A program made the translations under genes and the position numbers. Below, in pieces: positions 1 through 15,639 of a DNA stretch of 64,000 nucleotides. The notes below the pieces were generated by a model. That model had not been told where the DNA came from. It did not search any database and saw only the letters and a program-made list of their open reading frames with translations. Location of the stretch: NCBI RefSeq assembly GCF_009914755.1, contig NC_060926.1, one strand, 5' to 3'. The DNA is from the human T2T-CHM13v2.0 reference genome, Homo sapiens. The stretch's first letter is position 1, and each line of letters opens with the position of its first letter.

Positions 1-414
1 TTCTTCTCTCTAAACAAGGTCTGGCAGTTAATAGAGCTCTGGTCTCCTAGGGGCTCAGCCCTCTACCAGGTGGAATGGAGTTCTGAGGACATGATCCTGC
101 CCCAGCAGGGTTGCAGGCCACTTGGTGAGCCGAGGTTATCACCCACTGCAATGTTGGCGATTGCGGCAGACAGAGGAGTACTGGGTACTGCCTTGTGAGT
201 CATGTCTGGATGTGCCGTGGGGTTCAGAGGAAGGAAAGGTTCCCCGAGGCTGGATGAGAAGATTTGTGCTCATGCCAGCTCCACCCCCGCTCTCACCACA
301 CAGACTCCAGAGGCTGGAGCCATATTTCTCCTCTTTCAGAACCCATCAAGTGCTCAATAAGTGGGAAGGGATTTTAGAAACTTAGAACTGGAAGAAGATG
401 GTCAAGTTTCTTAA

Positions 415-530
415 CTGAGAGATAGGAAAATAGAGGCCCAGAAAGCAGCATGGCTTGCCCAAGGGAACACAGCCAGGTGGCAGTAGCATGGCTGGCTTGA
501 GAACCTGGGTTTCCCAACTCCCAGCTTCTC
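415..530 (-). mobile_element. MIR SINE fragment
   Basis: gaggcccagaaag...cttgcccaagggaacacagc resembles the reverse MIR core. Confidence 0.6.
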
Positions 531-2867
531 CACCACCATGAGCTGCCCCTGCTGAACAAGGACCATTCAGATGGGCTGGACACAGACTCCAGGCTGGTCC
601 CTGCTTTCAGACATTCTCAGCAAAGCACTCAGGATCATCACTGTCACAATGAAGAGAGAAACAAAACACCGAATTGTAACTAGATGGCCTGTGGAAACAC
701 TCCACAGAACTCTGTAACTGATTTCTACCAGGCCCAGCTGCCTCCTTGTTAGTCCAAGGCAATTGCTCCAACAAAGGGGGATGGGGGGGAAGAGTAAAAA
801 TGTTCTATTTTGGGCTTATCACCTGGGACTTTCGACCATGGCGAGTCTGCAGAGAAGATTTAGGAATGATTCTATAGGAAGCCAGAGTGTGATAATCTTT
901 AGATCGACAGTTCAATATGCAGAAAGCTCTTGCCTACCGCCCAAGAGAGGCTTCCTAATACACTGTAACCTGCATCTTCCTCCTAAAACATCTTAGCTCC
1001 ATGAAGCAATAAAACAGTCTGGCCTAAGTTACTGAGCTTCTTTGAAGTCCCAGAGAGGCCCATAAATAAGGTAGGTACTTTGGAAGGGGGGGGCACTCAT
1101 TTTGAGGGGTCCCTACGCAACTCTTTCAGAGCCACATTGATTTGTAGCTGCCTCTAAGTCAATTTCCTGGGGCTCATAAATCTTGATTCGAGCAAAACTA
1201 AAATGCCATCAATATTTATTTGATGCATTTATTGTCACTCCACAGAAAAAAAAATAAAAAGTCAGCATTCTCATCCGCCACCCCGGAGAAGGTATGGAAC
1301 ATAGCCATCCCTGGCTCCTCACAGACCATTTCGTTGTGAACCATAAACCCCACCCAGGTAACAAATGTACCATTTCATGGTCAGCAAGAGCGGTAACTGT
1401 CACTGGAGAAATAAAACTGAGTTATTGTTTCCAGTTTCCAAAGAACAGCAACAAGTATAAAAAAAAAAACCTGTATGTGATCCCTGTCCTCTTCCCCTCA
1501 AGACACCTGCAGCCGTCTAATGTTTCACTGAATCCTGCCACATAAATGCATAGCTTCACTCACTAATCCATATGGCTCCAGAGACCACTGTTACATGAGA
1601 ACTTAAACTGATGGGGCCAGGCAGCCCAGGGCAGCTTAATCTTTTTTAATTCAAATCGACTGAGTCCCATGTGGCCCGGAGATGATACCCTATATGCTGC
1701 AATCAGACTGACCTAGACTTCTTGTGCTCTAAATGATTAATGAAACTGCCTCGAGTTTGTTTCTATGGTGACTGGAAACCCGACCCGGACAGAGGAATCT
1801 GCCATTCACGGTGAATGGAACGGAAAGAGGGGAACAGGGGGACCCTGGCTGCTGGTGCTGGTCTTGAAGAGAAGATGCCCAAATGCCTCAACTCCTCCCC
1901 CAGGCCGCTGCTGTGGGTTCAGAAATTGCAGTGAGGGGAGAGGAAGAAAATGGCCCTCCTAGGGAAGTTTTAACTCAACAAAACTGCAGAATTATTTTAT
2001 TCTCCCAAAGTATTCCTAAAGCAAATGACCAAAGAAGAATTGAGGGAAGTTAGTATTTAATTCACATTTGGTTTCCTAAAATAAATACATGAGTAACTTA
2101 AAGAAAACAAAACCATAAAATCTTTGATTCCTTCTTTAGAATGAATGGTTTTTGTCTACTATGAACATGACAAGAGCTGCTGAGTATTTCGCATGACCTG
2201 TGCACTCTCTGGTTCTATGTAGTTTTATTTGTTTCCCCTCCTTATTTAACATAGGCTGAATTTGGGCTTCATGCAGCAAAACTTTGCTGTCAGAACTGTC
2301 AGAGGCCAGCTGAGCAGAACTTGGGGGGAATTACATGCAGCTGGTGGAGAAGCAATGGATGTGAAGAGTTTGTGCCAAGGGTTACCTGCTGCCATCCACC
2401 TGGCACGACAGTTGGGTCCTGCTTCAGGATGGAGTTGATCCTAGCTTTCTCAGCAGAGCCTCCAAACCCTGCCAGGTGCCCAAGTGCCACAAAATACGGA
2501 ACCTTTAGAGAGGTCTCATACAGGGACCACCAAAGGACAAATGTGAACATCTGAAATCTGATGCCTCGTCCAATTGCTATTGACCGAGGGATGGTGAGTA
2601 TGGGAGTTCATGGGGGCATCCTTTCCTGCTTTCTTCCCTCCTGCTCACCTACCTTTCTTCATTTGATCTCTAGCTACTTCCTTCAACACTCAGTCCCCCT
2701 GCACATCAGCCTGTGATGCCTTGTATTTCCCATAGAAGAAATTCCAGACTTTTGTAAGACACATGCAGGTACCTACGAGGTTCTGCCCACCTTCCATCCC
2801 AGCTTCGTCTCCCACTCATCTCTGCTGACTGACTGTTCACTGCCTGACCTATGTCCATGACTTGCCA

Positions 2868-3140
2868 GTTCTCTGCCTTTGCTTGCACTGTTCCCTCTGT
2901 CTGCAATGCCTTCCCCATCTCCATCTGTTGGAATGCTCCTTTTCCCCACGTTCCAGCTCTGATGCCATCTCCACAACAGGCATCTCAGCTCCTCAGGCAC
3001 AGGGTCTCTTCCCTGCCTCTCTTCCCCACTGTGGTATCTTTTATAATAAACAGTACCCCTGACTCTGCCTTGCATGATGGGAAATCTTGTTCTTGGTCAC
3101 AGAGCTCGGCACATAGCACGTGCTCAATCTGTGTTTGCCA
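2868..3140 (+). mobile_element. L2 3' fragment
   Basis: gcctttgcttgcactgttccctctgtctgcaatgccttcccc ... ggcacatagcacgtgctcaat, typical L2 3' end. Confidence 0.6.
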
Positions 3141-4443
3141 ACTTGAATTTCTATTTCCAACCTTACTTCTAGCTGGTAGGGTCATCTGGCCACACTATCT
3201 GTTATCCCCATGATGGTCACTGCTTGCTGTCCCTGAGTCAACAAAGGCTTCAGGACTTTGTGGCTCAGAAAACAGTGAGGGATGCTTCTGGGAAGGCAAC
3301 CAGGAACTGCTCCACTCAGCTCTAAGCCTCTCTTCCCACCAAGCTGGAGCTCATCTGGCCTAAGTTTCTGCAAATTGAAACCTTCCCTGTTGAAGGCCTG
3401 AGTGGTCTAAACCAGGGCTCAGCGGTGTTCAGAGGGTCTGGCCAAGCCCTGCCTCCCATCCTGGCCCCTCTATGGCGGCATGGTTGGCTGCCGGCAGCCG
3501 GGGCTGGGCCACACCTGTCGGGCAGGGCCCTCCCTCTGCCCTTGGCAGGAGGAGAACCTGAGTGGGAACAGGCCTAAGCCAGTCTCTCACCCATCCACTT
3601 AGACGTTTTTGCAAGCCACTTCCTGGTGAGGGATCCCTTTGCCTTATCTGAGTCCCCTGTGGAAGTGGATATCATGTGTGCCTGCTCTGCTCCCTGAAGA
3701 CACAGGTGGTAAAACTTGGGTGTGGGGCCCTGGCAGGGAAGGAGTAGTGTTGAGATGCCTAGAAACAGATATTCGGGTGAGCAGAGTAGAAGGGAAGAGT
3801 ATGTTAACACAGGGTGACTGTCTGTCCTGGCAGGTAAACCTGGTGGGGAGGGTTACGTCCACAGCATAGGGTCCACTTTGCCAAATTATAGACCTCGCCC
3901 CATCCTGCTCATCTGGAGTCACCCCATGCTGCAGCACAGAGCTCAGAGAAGGCCCCTTACTCACTGTCCTGGCCACTGCTTCTTCATTTGTCTGAAGGAC
4001 AAGCTTGCAGCCCCTGCATCTGTAACACTTTGTGAGTGGTAAAGAATCTCTCTCCCCTGTTCCCCTTCATCTCCCCTTGTCAACCCCCTTTCTGCCCTAA
4101 ATGCAACCTGTCATGGCTATTCATTTTTTCAGATTGCATTTTATTCTGAAGGGCTCCAAAAAGCCCCTATCCTCCATCCAGAAGGCTCTTTCAGGGACCC
4201 GAAGAGTGCTCTGCCCAGGCCTGGCGTGGCGAGTGGACTGGTGGGTGACCTCAGACAACGTGGGGACTGAGTCAGCCGCTGCAGGGAGGAAAGTGAGACT
4301 TGCAGGAGACACTGAGAGGGAAGTGAAGCCATGAATATTTAGACAGAGGGAGAGTGGAATTCAACCTGACACTGATACACAGGAGGATTGGATTGATAGC
4401 AATAGCCTAAAATTAGAAGCGGTCTACGGGGGAGTTCGGAGTT

Positions 4444-4648
4444 CAGGCTCTGGAGACAGACTGGGTGAAAAACTCTGAATTGGCCACTTACTAGCCCAGT
4501 AACCTTGGGCAAACTGATCAACCTGTCTGTGCCTCAGCTCCCTCATATGTAAAGTAATCTCTACTTTACCTTAATAGACTTCCTCTACGGGATCGTTGTG
4601 AGGATTAAGTGACTTCTTGCAACAGTGCTTGGCACATGGTAAGCACAT
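4444..4648 (+). mobile_element. MIR SINE
   Basis: ggctctggagacagactggg...accttgggcaa...gcctcagctccctcatatgtaaa...gtgaggattaa...cttggcacatggtaagcac. Confidence 0.75.
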
Positions 4649-4784
4649 ACTTGTTGCATTATAACAGAATAAAGATCCTGTCTTAGGTCTGTTGGGATCT
4701 TTCTTTCATCTAGAGTGCCTTTTGCTGCTTTCCAAATCCCCCTTCCACCCTTTTATTTGTTTTGGAGGAAAGAAGTGTGCCATG

Positions 4785-5148
4785 GGCTGTGGACTGAAAG
4801 TTCGTGTCCCCCACAAAATTCATACATTGAAATCCTAACCCCCAAAGTGACAGTATTAGGAGGTGGAGCATTTGGGAGGTGATTTGGTCATGAGGGTGGA
4901 GCCTTCATGCACGGGATTAGTGCCCTTATCAAAGGGACCCCAGAGAGCTCTCTAGTTCTCCCTCTGCCATGTGAGGACACAGAGAAGTTAGCAGTCTGCA
5001 ACCTGGAAGAAGGCCCTCGCCAAAACCCGGCCATGCTGGCGTCCTGATCTTGAAAGTCCAGTCTCCAGAACTGTGAGAAATAAGTATTTGTCTTTTAAGC
5101 CACCCAGCCCATGGTAATTTGTTACAGCAGCCCAAGAGGACTGAGATA
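4785..5148 (+). mobile_element. MaLR solo LTR (MLT1A/MLT1A0-like)
   Basis: gctgtggactgaa...aaaattcatac...gaaatcctaacccc...ccagaactgtgagaaataa...ttacagcagccc...ctgagata; ~365 bp; possible TSD catgg/gatgg. Confidence 0.85.
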
Positions 5149-5160
5149 GATGGTCTAGAT

Positions 5161-5642
5161 CAGCACTGTCCAATAGAAATACGCAAAACACATATGAAAT
5201 TAAAAATTCCTAGAAGCCACATTAAAAAATAAAGAGAAACAGGTAACATTAATTTCAATTACATATTCCACTTAATTCAATATTTCTAAAACATTATCCT
5301 TTCAATATGTAATCAATACAAAGATTTGTCAAAGAGCTACTTTGCTTTTTTTTGTTTACTAATCTTTGAAATCCTGTCTATATTTTACTTATAGCACATT
5401 TCAATTCAGGCACTAGATCATCATCTGAAATACTTGATTATATTTAGATTTCATCAAATTGACAATTGAACAAGTAGATCCACATACCCAAGTTGTTCCA
5501 TACAACTTCCCAGTAACTGAAACCAGTATCAGTTTTTAAAGTAAAATTAGTTAAAATGAAATGAAATTCTAGTTCTTCAGGTGCACCAGCCACATTTCAA
5601 GTGCTCAGGGGCTACATGTGGCTACTGTATTGAACAGTGCAG
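5161..5642. mobile_element. hAT-Charlie non-autonomous DNA transposon (Charlie1b/MER33-like)
   Basis: Terminal inverted repeats cagcactgtccaata ... tattgaacagtgcag; 8-bp TSD gtctagat (5153-5160) / gtctagag (5643-5650). Confidence 0.85.
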
Positions 5643-6969
5643 GTCTAGAGGTTGCTATGGGGAGGACTTAGCATGGAGAATGGTGTCTGGCTGTAGGAAT
5701 CTCAGGCACAAGGAACTTACAAGAACAGAGACTCTGGCAACATCCTCAGCTTGTTTCTATTATGGTGGGAGGCAGGTAGGGTGGTGTGGGGACAGGGGTG
5801 TAAAGAGAATTGCTTGTTCCTTCAAGAACAAATGCATACCACTACTCACTGTCTACCAGCTGCTGCCCTGGGTGCCAGGGATGCGGTGTGAGTTAGCAGG
5901 GAGAGAAGGGACCAGACAAATCCAAGTATTTACTGGAGATATTGATGGAAAGACAATAATACCAGCCGTTGGCATTTGTCTGTTATGAGAAGCCTTCCTG
6001 GCCACCATCTCTTTTGGATCTTCACAGCAGCTGAGACTCAGGGAGGGCTCAGGACGTTAAGTGACTTGCCCATAGCATGTGTGGGGAGGAACAAAGGGCA
6101 AAGTGCAGGGCTTCTGAACCCAGGTGCAGGCTCTGTGACTTGCTGTCTTCACTCTGGACAAAGGGCTGAAAGGCCGTCATGTGTGGGGCCTCCTGTTGCA
6201 TGATTTGTAACCATGGTGGTGGGAGGGGTCTCTGGGGAGGCAAACAACTTCAGCTGGGCAGTGGAGGCCTCCCATCCATGATGTCCCCTTCATCTAGGGC
6301 CTTTTGCGGTACACAAGGTCTGGTTCCTGCCTCAATTTGTTCCTATGGTGAAAGAGTTATAACTGGAGACACAGAGAATAAAAACTGAAGGAAAAATGAA
6401 CAAGTAGGGCTCCTCCAGGTGCCCCTGCAGAAGTGCTTCTGGTCTCCCTTCCCCATCTCCCTTGCCCTCCCTGCTGCCTCCAGGTGCATTCTGGAGAGCT
6501 GTACCTTTTGGGCATGGCTGTTTAGGGGGCAGCCTTTGCTTACTCAGTGTTGTGCTGGGGCAGGGATGAGAGGGATTTGGCACAAGGTGGTAATCATATC
6601 TCCACCACAGGACCTCATCAGCACAGCACAGGGTGTTTGCAGAATAAGTGGGTGAAGGAAACAGAGGATCACCCCAAGCTCTTCATCTAACGAACCTAAG
6701 CAGATCACTGAAGTTCTCTAATTGGTGACCCTCCACACATCCCACTGGCTGGGCAGTGATCTGCAAGCCAGGCAAGACCACTGTCCCTCTGCTTTCAAGA
6801 TGTCTGGCTCTGATTTCCCTACTTATATTAGGCCTGTCCTTTCCTCCTAACAGAGTCTAGACAACAAAGGTTTCTCTTGTTCCCTCTTTGACCTGGGACT
6901 TAATTCGACAAGAGGCCACAGAGCCCATGTGCTGACTTGGTGAACACAGCATCCCAAAGAGACTGTGTG

Positions 6970-7875
6970 GGGGGAGGAGCCAAGATGGCTGAATAGGAAC
7001 AGCTCAGGTCTACAGCTCCCAGTGTGAGCGACGCAGAAGATGGGTGATTTCTGCATTTCCATCTGAGGTACCGGGTTCATCTCACTAGGGAGTGCCAGAG
7101 AGTGGGCGCAGGTCAGTGGGTGCACGCACCGTGCGCGAGCCGAAGCAGGGCGAGGCATTGCCTCACTTGGGAAGTGCAAGGGGTCAGGGAGTTCCCTTTC
7201 CGAGTCAAAGAAAGGGGTGACGGACGCACCTGGAAAATCGGGTCACTCCCACCCGAATATTGCGCTTTTCGGACCGGCTTAAAAAACGGCGCACCACGAG
7301 ATTATATCCCGCACATGGCTCGGAGGGTCCTACGCCCACGGAGTCTCTCTGATTGCTAGCACAGCAGTCTGAGATCAAACTGCAAGGTGGCAGCGAGGCT
7401 GGGGGAGGGGCGCCCTCCATTGCCCAGGCTTGCTTAGTTAAACAAAGCAGCCAGGAAGCTCGAACTGGGTGGAGCCCACCACAGCTCAAGGAGGCCTGCC
7501 TGCCTCTGTAGGCTCCACCTCTGGGGGCAGGGCACAGACAAACAAAAAGACAGCAGCAACCTCTGCAGACTTAAATGTCCCTGTCTGACAGCTTTGAAGA
7601 GAGCAGTGGTTCTCCCAGCACGCAGCTGGAGATCTGAGAACGGGCAGACTGCCTCCTCAAGTGGGTCCCTGACCCCTGACCCCGGAGCAGCCTAACTGAG
7701 AGGCACCCCCCAGCAGGGGCACACTGACACCTCACACGGCAGGGTATTCCAACAGACCTGCAGCTGAGGGTCCTGTCTGTTAGAAGGAAAACTAACAAAC
7801 AGAAAGGACATCCACACCAAAAACCCATCTGTACATCACCATCATCAAAGACCAAAAGTAGATAAAACCACAAAG
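6970..7875. promoter_or_regulatory. L1 5'UTR: internal sense promoter (YY1 site) and antisense promoter, CpG-rich
   Basis: caagatggc YY1 motif at 6981-6989 and a CpG-dense UTR matching young L1. Bidirectional promoter activity is established for this family; activity of this copy is unknown. Confidence 0.8.
7205..7420 (-). CDS. ORF0: L1 ORF0 (primate-specific antisense ORF), intact 71 aa
   Basis: ATG at 7420-7418 gives MEGAPPPASLPPCSLISDCCASNQRDSVGVGPSEPCAGYNLVVRRFLSRSEKRNIRVGVTRFSRCVRHPFL* (71 aa), matching ORF0 length and sequence with a few substitutions. Confidence 0.85.
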   Translation of the reverse strand: MEGAPPPASLPPCSLISDCCASNQRDSVGVGPSEPCAGYNLVVRRFLSRSEKRNIRVGVTRFSRCVRHPFL

Positions 7876-8895
7876 ATGGGGAAAAACAGAACAGAAAAAC
7901 TGGAAACTCTAAAATGCAGAGCGCCTCTCCTCCTCCAAAGGAACGCAGTTCCTCACCAGCAACGGAACAAAGCTGGATGGAGAATGACTTTGACTAGCTG
8001 AGAGAAGAAGGCTTCAGACGATCAAATTACTCTGAGCTACGGGAGGACATTCAAACCAAAGGCAAAGAAGTTGAAAACTTTGAAAAAAATTTAGAAGAAT
8101 GTATAACTAGAATAACCAATACAGAGAAGTGCTTAAAGGAGCTGATGGAGCTGAAAACCAAGGCTCGAGAACTACGTGAAGAATGCAGAAGCCTCAGGAG
8201 CCGATGCGATCAACTGGAAGAAAGGGTATCAGCGAGGGAAGATGAAATGAATGAAATGAAGCGAGAAAGGAAGTTTAGAGAAAAAAGAATAAAAAGAAAT
8301 GAGCAAAGCCTCCAAGAAATATGGGACTATGTGAAAAGACCAAATCTACGTCTGATTGGTGTACCTGAAAGTGATGGGGAGAATGGAACCAAGTTGGAAA
8401 ACACTCTGCAGGATATTATCCAGGAGAACTTCCCCAATCTAGCAAGGCAGGCCAACGTTCAGATTCAGGAAATACAGAGAACGCCACAAAGATACTCCTC
8501 GAGAAGAGCAACTCCAAGACACATAATTGTCAGATTCACCAAAGTTGAAATGAAGGAAAAAATGTTAAGGGCAGCCAGAGAGAAAGGTCGGGTTACCCTC
8601 AAAGGGAAGCCCATCAGACTAACAAACAGCGGATCTCTCGGCAGAAACCCTACAAGCCAGAAGAGAGTGGGGGCCAATATTCAACATTCTTAAAGAAAAG
8701 AATTTTCAACCCAGAATTTCATATCCAGCCAAACTAAGCTTCATAAGTGAAGGAGAAATAAAATACTTTACAGACAAGCAAATGCTGAGAGATTTTGTCA
8801 CCACCAGGCCTGCCCTAAAAGAGCTCCTGAAGGAAGCGCTAAACATGGAAAGGAACAACCGGTACCAGCCGCTGCAAAATCATGCCAAAATGTAA
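7876..8895 (+). pseudogene. L1 ORF1p (RNA-binding chaperone), disrupted
   Basis: ATG at 7876 followed by A5 instead of A6 (frameshift at codon 4); GAG>TAG at 7995-7997; 4-bp aaca duplication near 8621-8628; native end NHAKM* at 8895. The track ORF 8145-8693 is the open middle fragment. Confidence 0.92.
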
Positions 8896-8931
8896 AGACC
8901 ATCGAGACTAGGAAGAAACTGCATCAACTAA

Positions 8932-12783
<3,852 letters not shown>

Positions 12784-12826
12784 ACAATGAGAACACATGG
12801 ACACAGGAAGGGGAATATCACACTCT

Positions 12827-12860
12827 GGGGACTGTGGTGGGGTGGGGGGAGGGGGGAGGG
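12827..12860 (+). other. G-quadruplex-forming G-rich tract of the L1 3'UTR
   Basis: Five runs of three or more G: gggg...ggggtggggggaggggggaggg. Confidence 0.7.
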
Positions 12861-13061
12861 ATAGCATTGGGAGATATACCTAATGCTAGATGACGAGTTA
12901 GTGGGTGCAGCGCACCAGCATGACACATGTATACATATGTAACTAACCTGCATAATGTGCACATGTACCCTAAAACTTAAAGTATAATAAAAAAAATAAA
13001 AATAAAAATAAAAAAAAGAAAAAAGAAATCCATTACACCAAAAAAAAAAAAAAGAGAGACT

Positions 13062-13200
13062 ATGTGACTCGAGGCAAGTCAACCTACCTTTATAAGCCTC
13101 TGTTTATCCTTCAAAAGAGAATGATGGTATTTATAGCAGACATTGCAAAAGCCTGTTATGATGAGCCAATGAGATACAAAAAGCGCCACAAAAAGTTATG
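13062..13200 (+). mobile_element. MIR remnant abutting the L1PA2 3' TSD
   Basis: tgtgactcgaggcaagtcaacct...agcctctgttt...atgagatac resembles the MIR core tgtgaccttgggcaagtcacttaacctctctgagcctcagttt. Confidence 0.55.
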
Positions 13201-14199
13201 CATACGCAATATTATTTAAATATCTTATTAGTAAACACATACCCTGCTCTGCCACGTTGCTTCAAAGTGGGCAAATGTGTTGCTCAGGCACAATGTGGTA
13301 TTAGTTTAATATCTTATTAATAAATTAAACCATCTCTGTTATTTCGTTTGATGCTCTTGAGGGATTTTTTCATTAGGGAAAAAGTTGACAAATTTTATAG
13401 ACTAAACCAAAGATGGGGTTTGGGGAACAAGAAAGATCTGTTTTGTTCAGGAACTGAGCATTGTGGAAGGAGGGAACGTGAGAACTGTGCAGAGTGTGGA
13501 AGGGGTGTTAGAGCATGAAAGGATGGGCCACTCATGGATACGAGGTCAGCAGTGGCTGCAGGAATGGGATGGGGTTGAGCTGCAGCATGGAGACATTTAG
13601 GGTAAAGATCTGGGGAAATGTCTCTGAGCAGTTTGAGGAGCTTAAGTTCAAACCCCAAGGACACCCCTCGCTGCCAGGTTCTCCAAACCCAGCTCTGGTC
13701 AGCTCACCCAGGCCTGCAGTGAGCTCAGAGGAGCTGGAAGGTGACCTGGAAGGAGAGGCTGAGAAGAGGGGGAGGAGAAGACCACCCTTAAGAGCAAGGG
13801 GAGGGGAAGCCCCTTCCTCTCAGGTCCTGGGGGGCCCTCTGCCATCTGAGGAGGGCTGGAGCCTGCCAGGGTATGGACAAGGGACCCAGTCATGTCAGAT
13901 TTCTAGGAATGGAGCCTGACTCAGGTAGGTACCCAGAATTTCCACTTCATGCTAGCCCCAAATTCAAAGTTTCCCCAGAAAGAACTGAGCCCACAAGATT
14001 GGGAAGGGAAGCCCTGCTCCGTCTTTGCCCAACCAGCATGGAAGGGGTCGGGGAGGGAGTTCCAGCCCTGTTGTCTGTTCATTTGAGGAAAACTGAGAGC
14101 CCAGCCCTGCCCTGAGGGCATTTCTAGGTTAAGAGGTGCCAGTTCACAAGAGGCAACAAATGGTATGGACTAGGGAAAAGGATATTTGCCTTTTGGGGT

Positions 14200-14405
14200 T
14201 TGGCATATAGACTAAGGAACCAAATCACCCAGGTCTAAATCCTGCTTTGTCATTTAAGCTATTTAACTTTGTCCCTCAGTTGTTCCATCTGGAAAATGGG
14301 GGTAATAATAGTACCGATTTCAAAGGGCTGTAAATGAGGCTAAAATAAGTGAATCTTGAAGAGTATTTAGTATGGTGCTTGTCACATATGTTTGTTAAAT
14401 AAATA
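14200..14405 (+). mobile_element. MIR SINE
   Basis: ctcagttgttccatctggaaaatgggggtaataatagtacc MIR core. Confidence 0.65.
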
Positions 14406-15639
14406 AAATTTTTCAAAGCCGCTACTGACTATTTGATTCACTGCAGTATCCCCAGCCCCTGGCAAGTGATCAGTAAATATTTGTGTAATGAAGGAAGTGC
14501 TCTCAAGGAGGGCTTTGTAACCAGTTAGAAGGAATAGTTTGACAAGCCACAAAAGGCACGTGCTTCAGTTGCAACTGGTGGTTGCTAACCTGTCTCTGGG
14601 TGGTGATGTTGGCTACGAACAGTGGTGGCAGCGTCTGTTCACTGCAGATCTGTTGCTTTGCTGAATGGTGGGGGGTGAGACTGAGCAGTGTTCCCTGCCC
14701 TTCACCCACTGCTCTTGCTGTTTCCTCCAGATGTTTAATGAATTTTTAAGCCACCAGTTTCAAGGAATGCCCAATGTGAGCCTGCCCAGGACACCTTGTC
14801 TGTCTGAGCCTGCCTGTTGGCTTTGTCTGCTTCTGGGTAAACCTCGGGGAGTGGCAAAGACTAACTGGGTGATGAAGGAGACTAGAGCAAGGAGTTTGGC
14901 CAAACTTCACCACATCAGGCAAAAGCTCCTTCTAGATGGTTAGACTAAGGAGAGCAATTCAGAAACACAGACCATTCCCCCAAGGTCACGGGAATTGAAG
15001 CCACACTGAACATCACCATCATGTTTGGGGGGATGTTGGGCCATGGTGGAGGGTGGGGTTGAATAGAGAGAGCAAAGATAAAATGGATCTGCCAGCTAGG
15101 TCCCAGGGCTGGTGGTTGGTTTGGAGGTGCATGCATGGCAGATGGTATTATTTAACATCTCACGCCCGTGTGTTGTCTGGAGTGCTTCTGAGAGCTGGCC
15201 CGTCTATCACTCACGCTTCTGTGAGGCTTCCAACAGCACCCATGCCACCCTCCTCTCCCTTCTCCCTGCAGCATGGACACATAGGAGGGTCTCAGGAAAT
15301 ACCTGCGTTTGGGTGGACTGATGACCTATGCAGGAGGTCAGCTTGCTTTATAAAGTTCCAGGTTGATCCCATTCTGCCCAGGTCATAAAGTATCCACCAA
15401 GGTTCTGCTGTGTCCACTTTTGTGCCCTACATAGTGCAGGCCACTGTGGAAACATCTGTGGGGAAATAATACCTTGGACCCAACCTTGACTGAGCTCTCT
15501 GACACTGGGCTGCTCTTTCTTCTGCTCTGACTGGATAAAACAAAAGGCTTTACTCCCTCAATTAAATCTTTATCAGTCTATCTTTATCCAAACAGATGGC
15601 GAAACTATTTCACCACTAAGCAAATTAACAGCAATAATA

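Noticed and set aside
470-485. CTCF-like cagccaggtggcag in a MIR
   Set aside because: Mismatch at a highly conserved core C; cannot be supported without ChIP data.
13515-13919. 134-aa ORF with acidic/basic stretch
   Set aside because: No recognisable homology; an open frame of this size is plausible by chance in GC-rich DNA.
14545-14665. VVANLSLGG subtilisin-like peptide in one frame
   Set aside because: Isolated short match, frame closes soon after, no other S8 motifs or exon structure.
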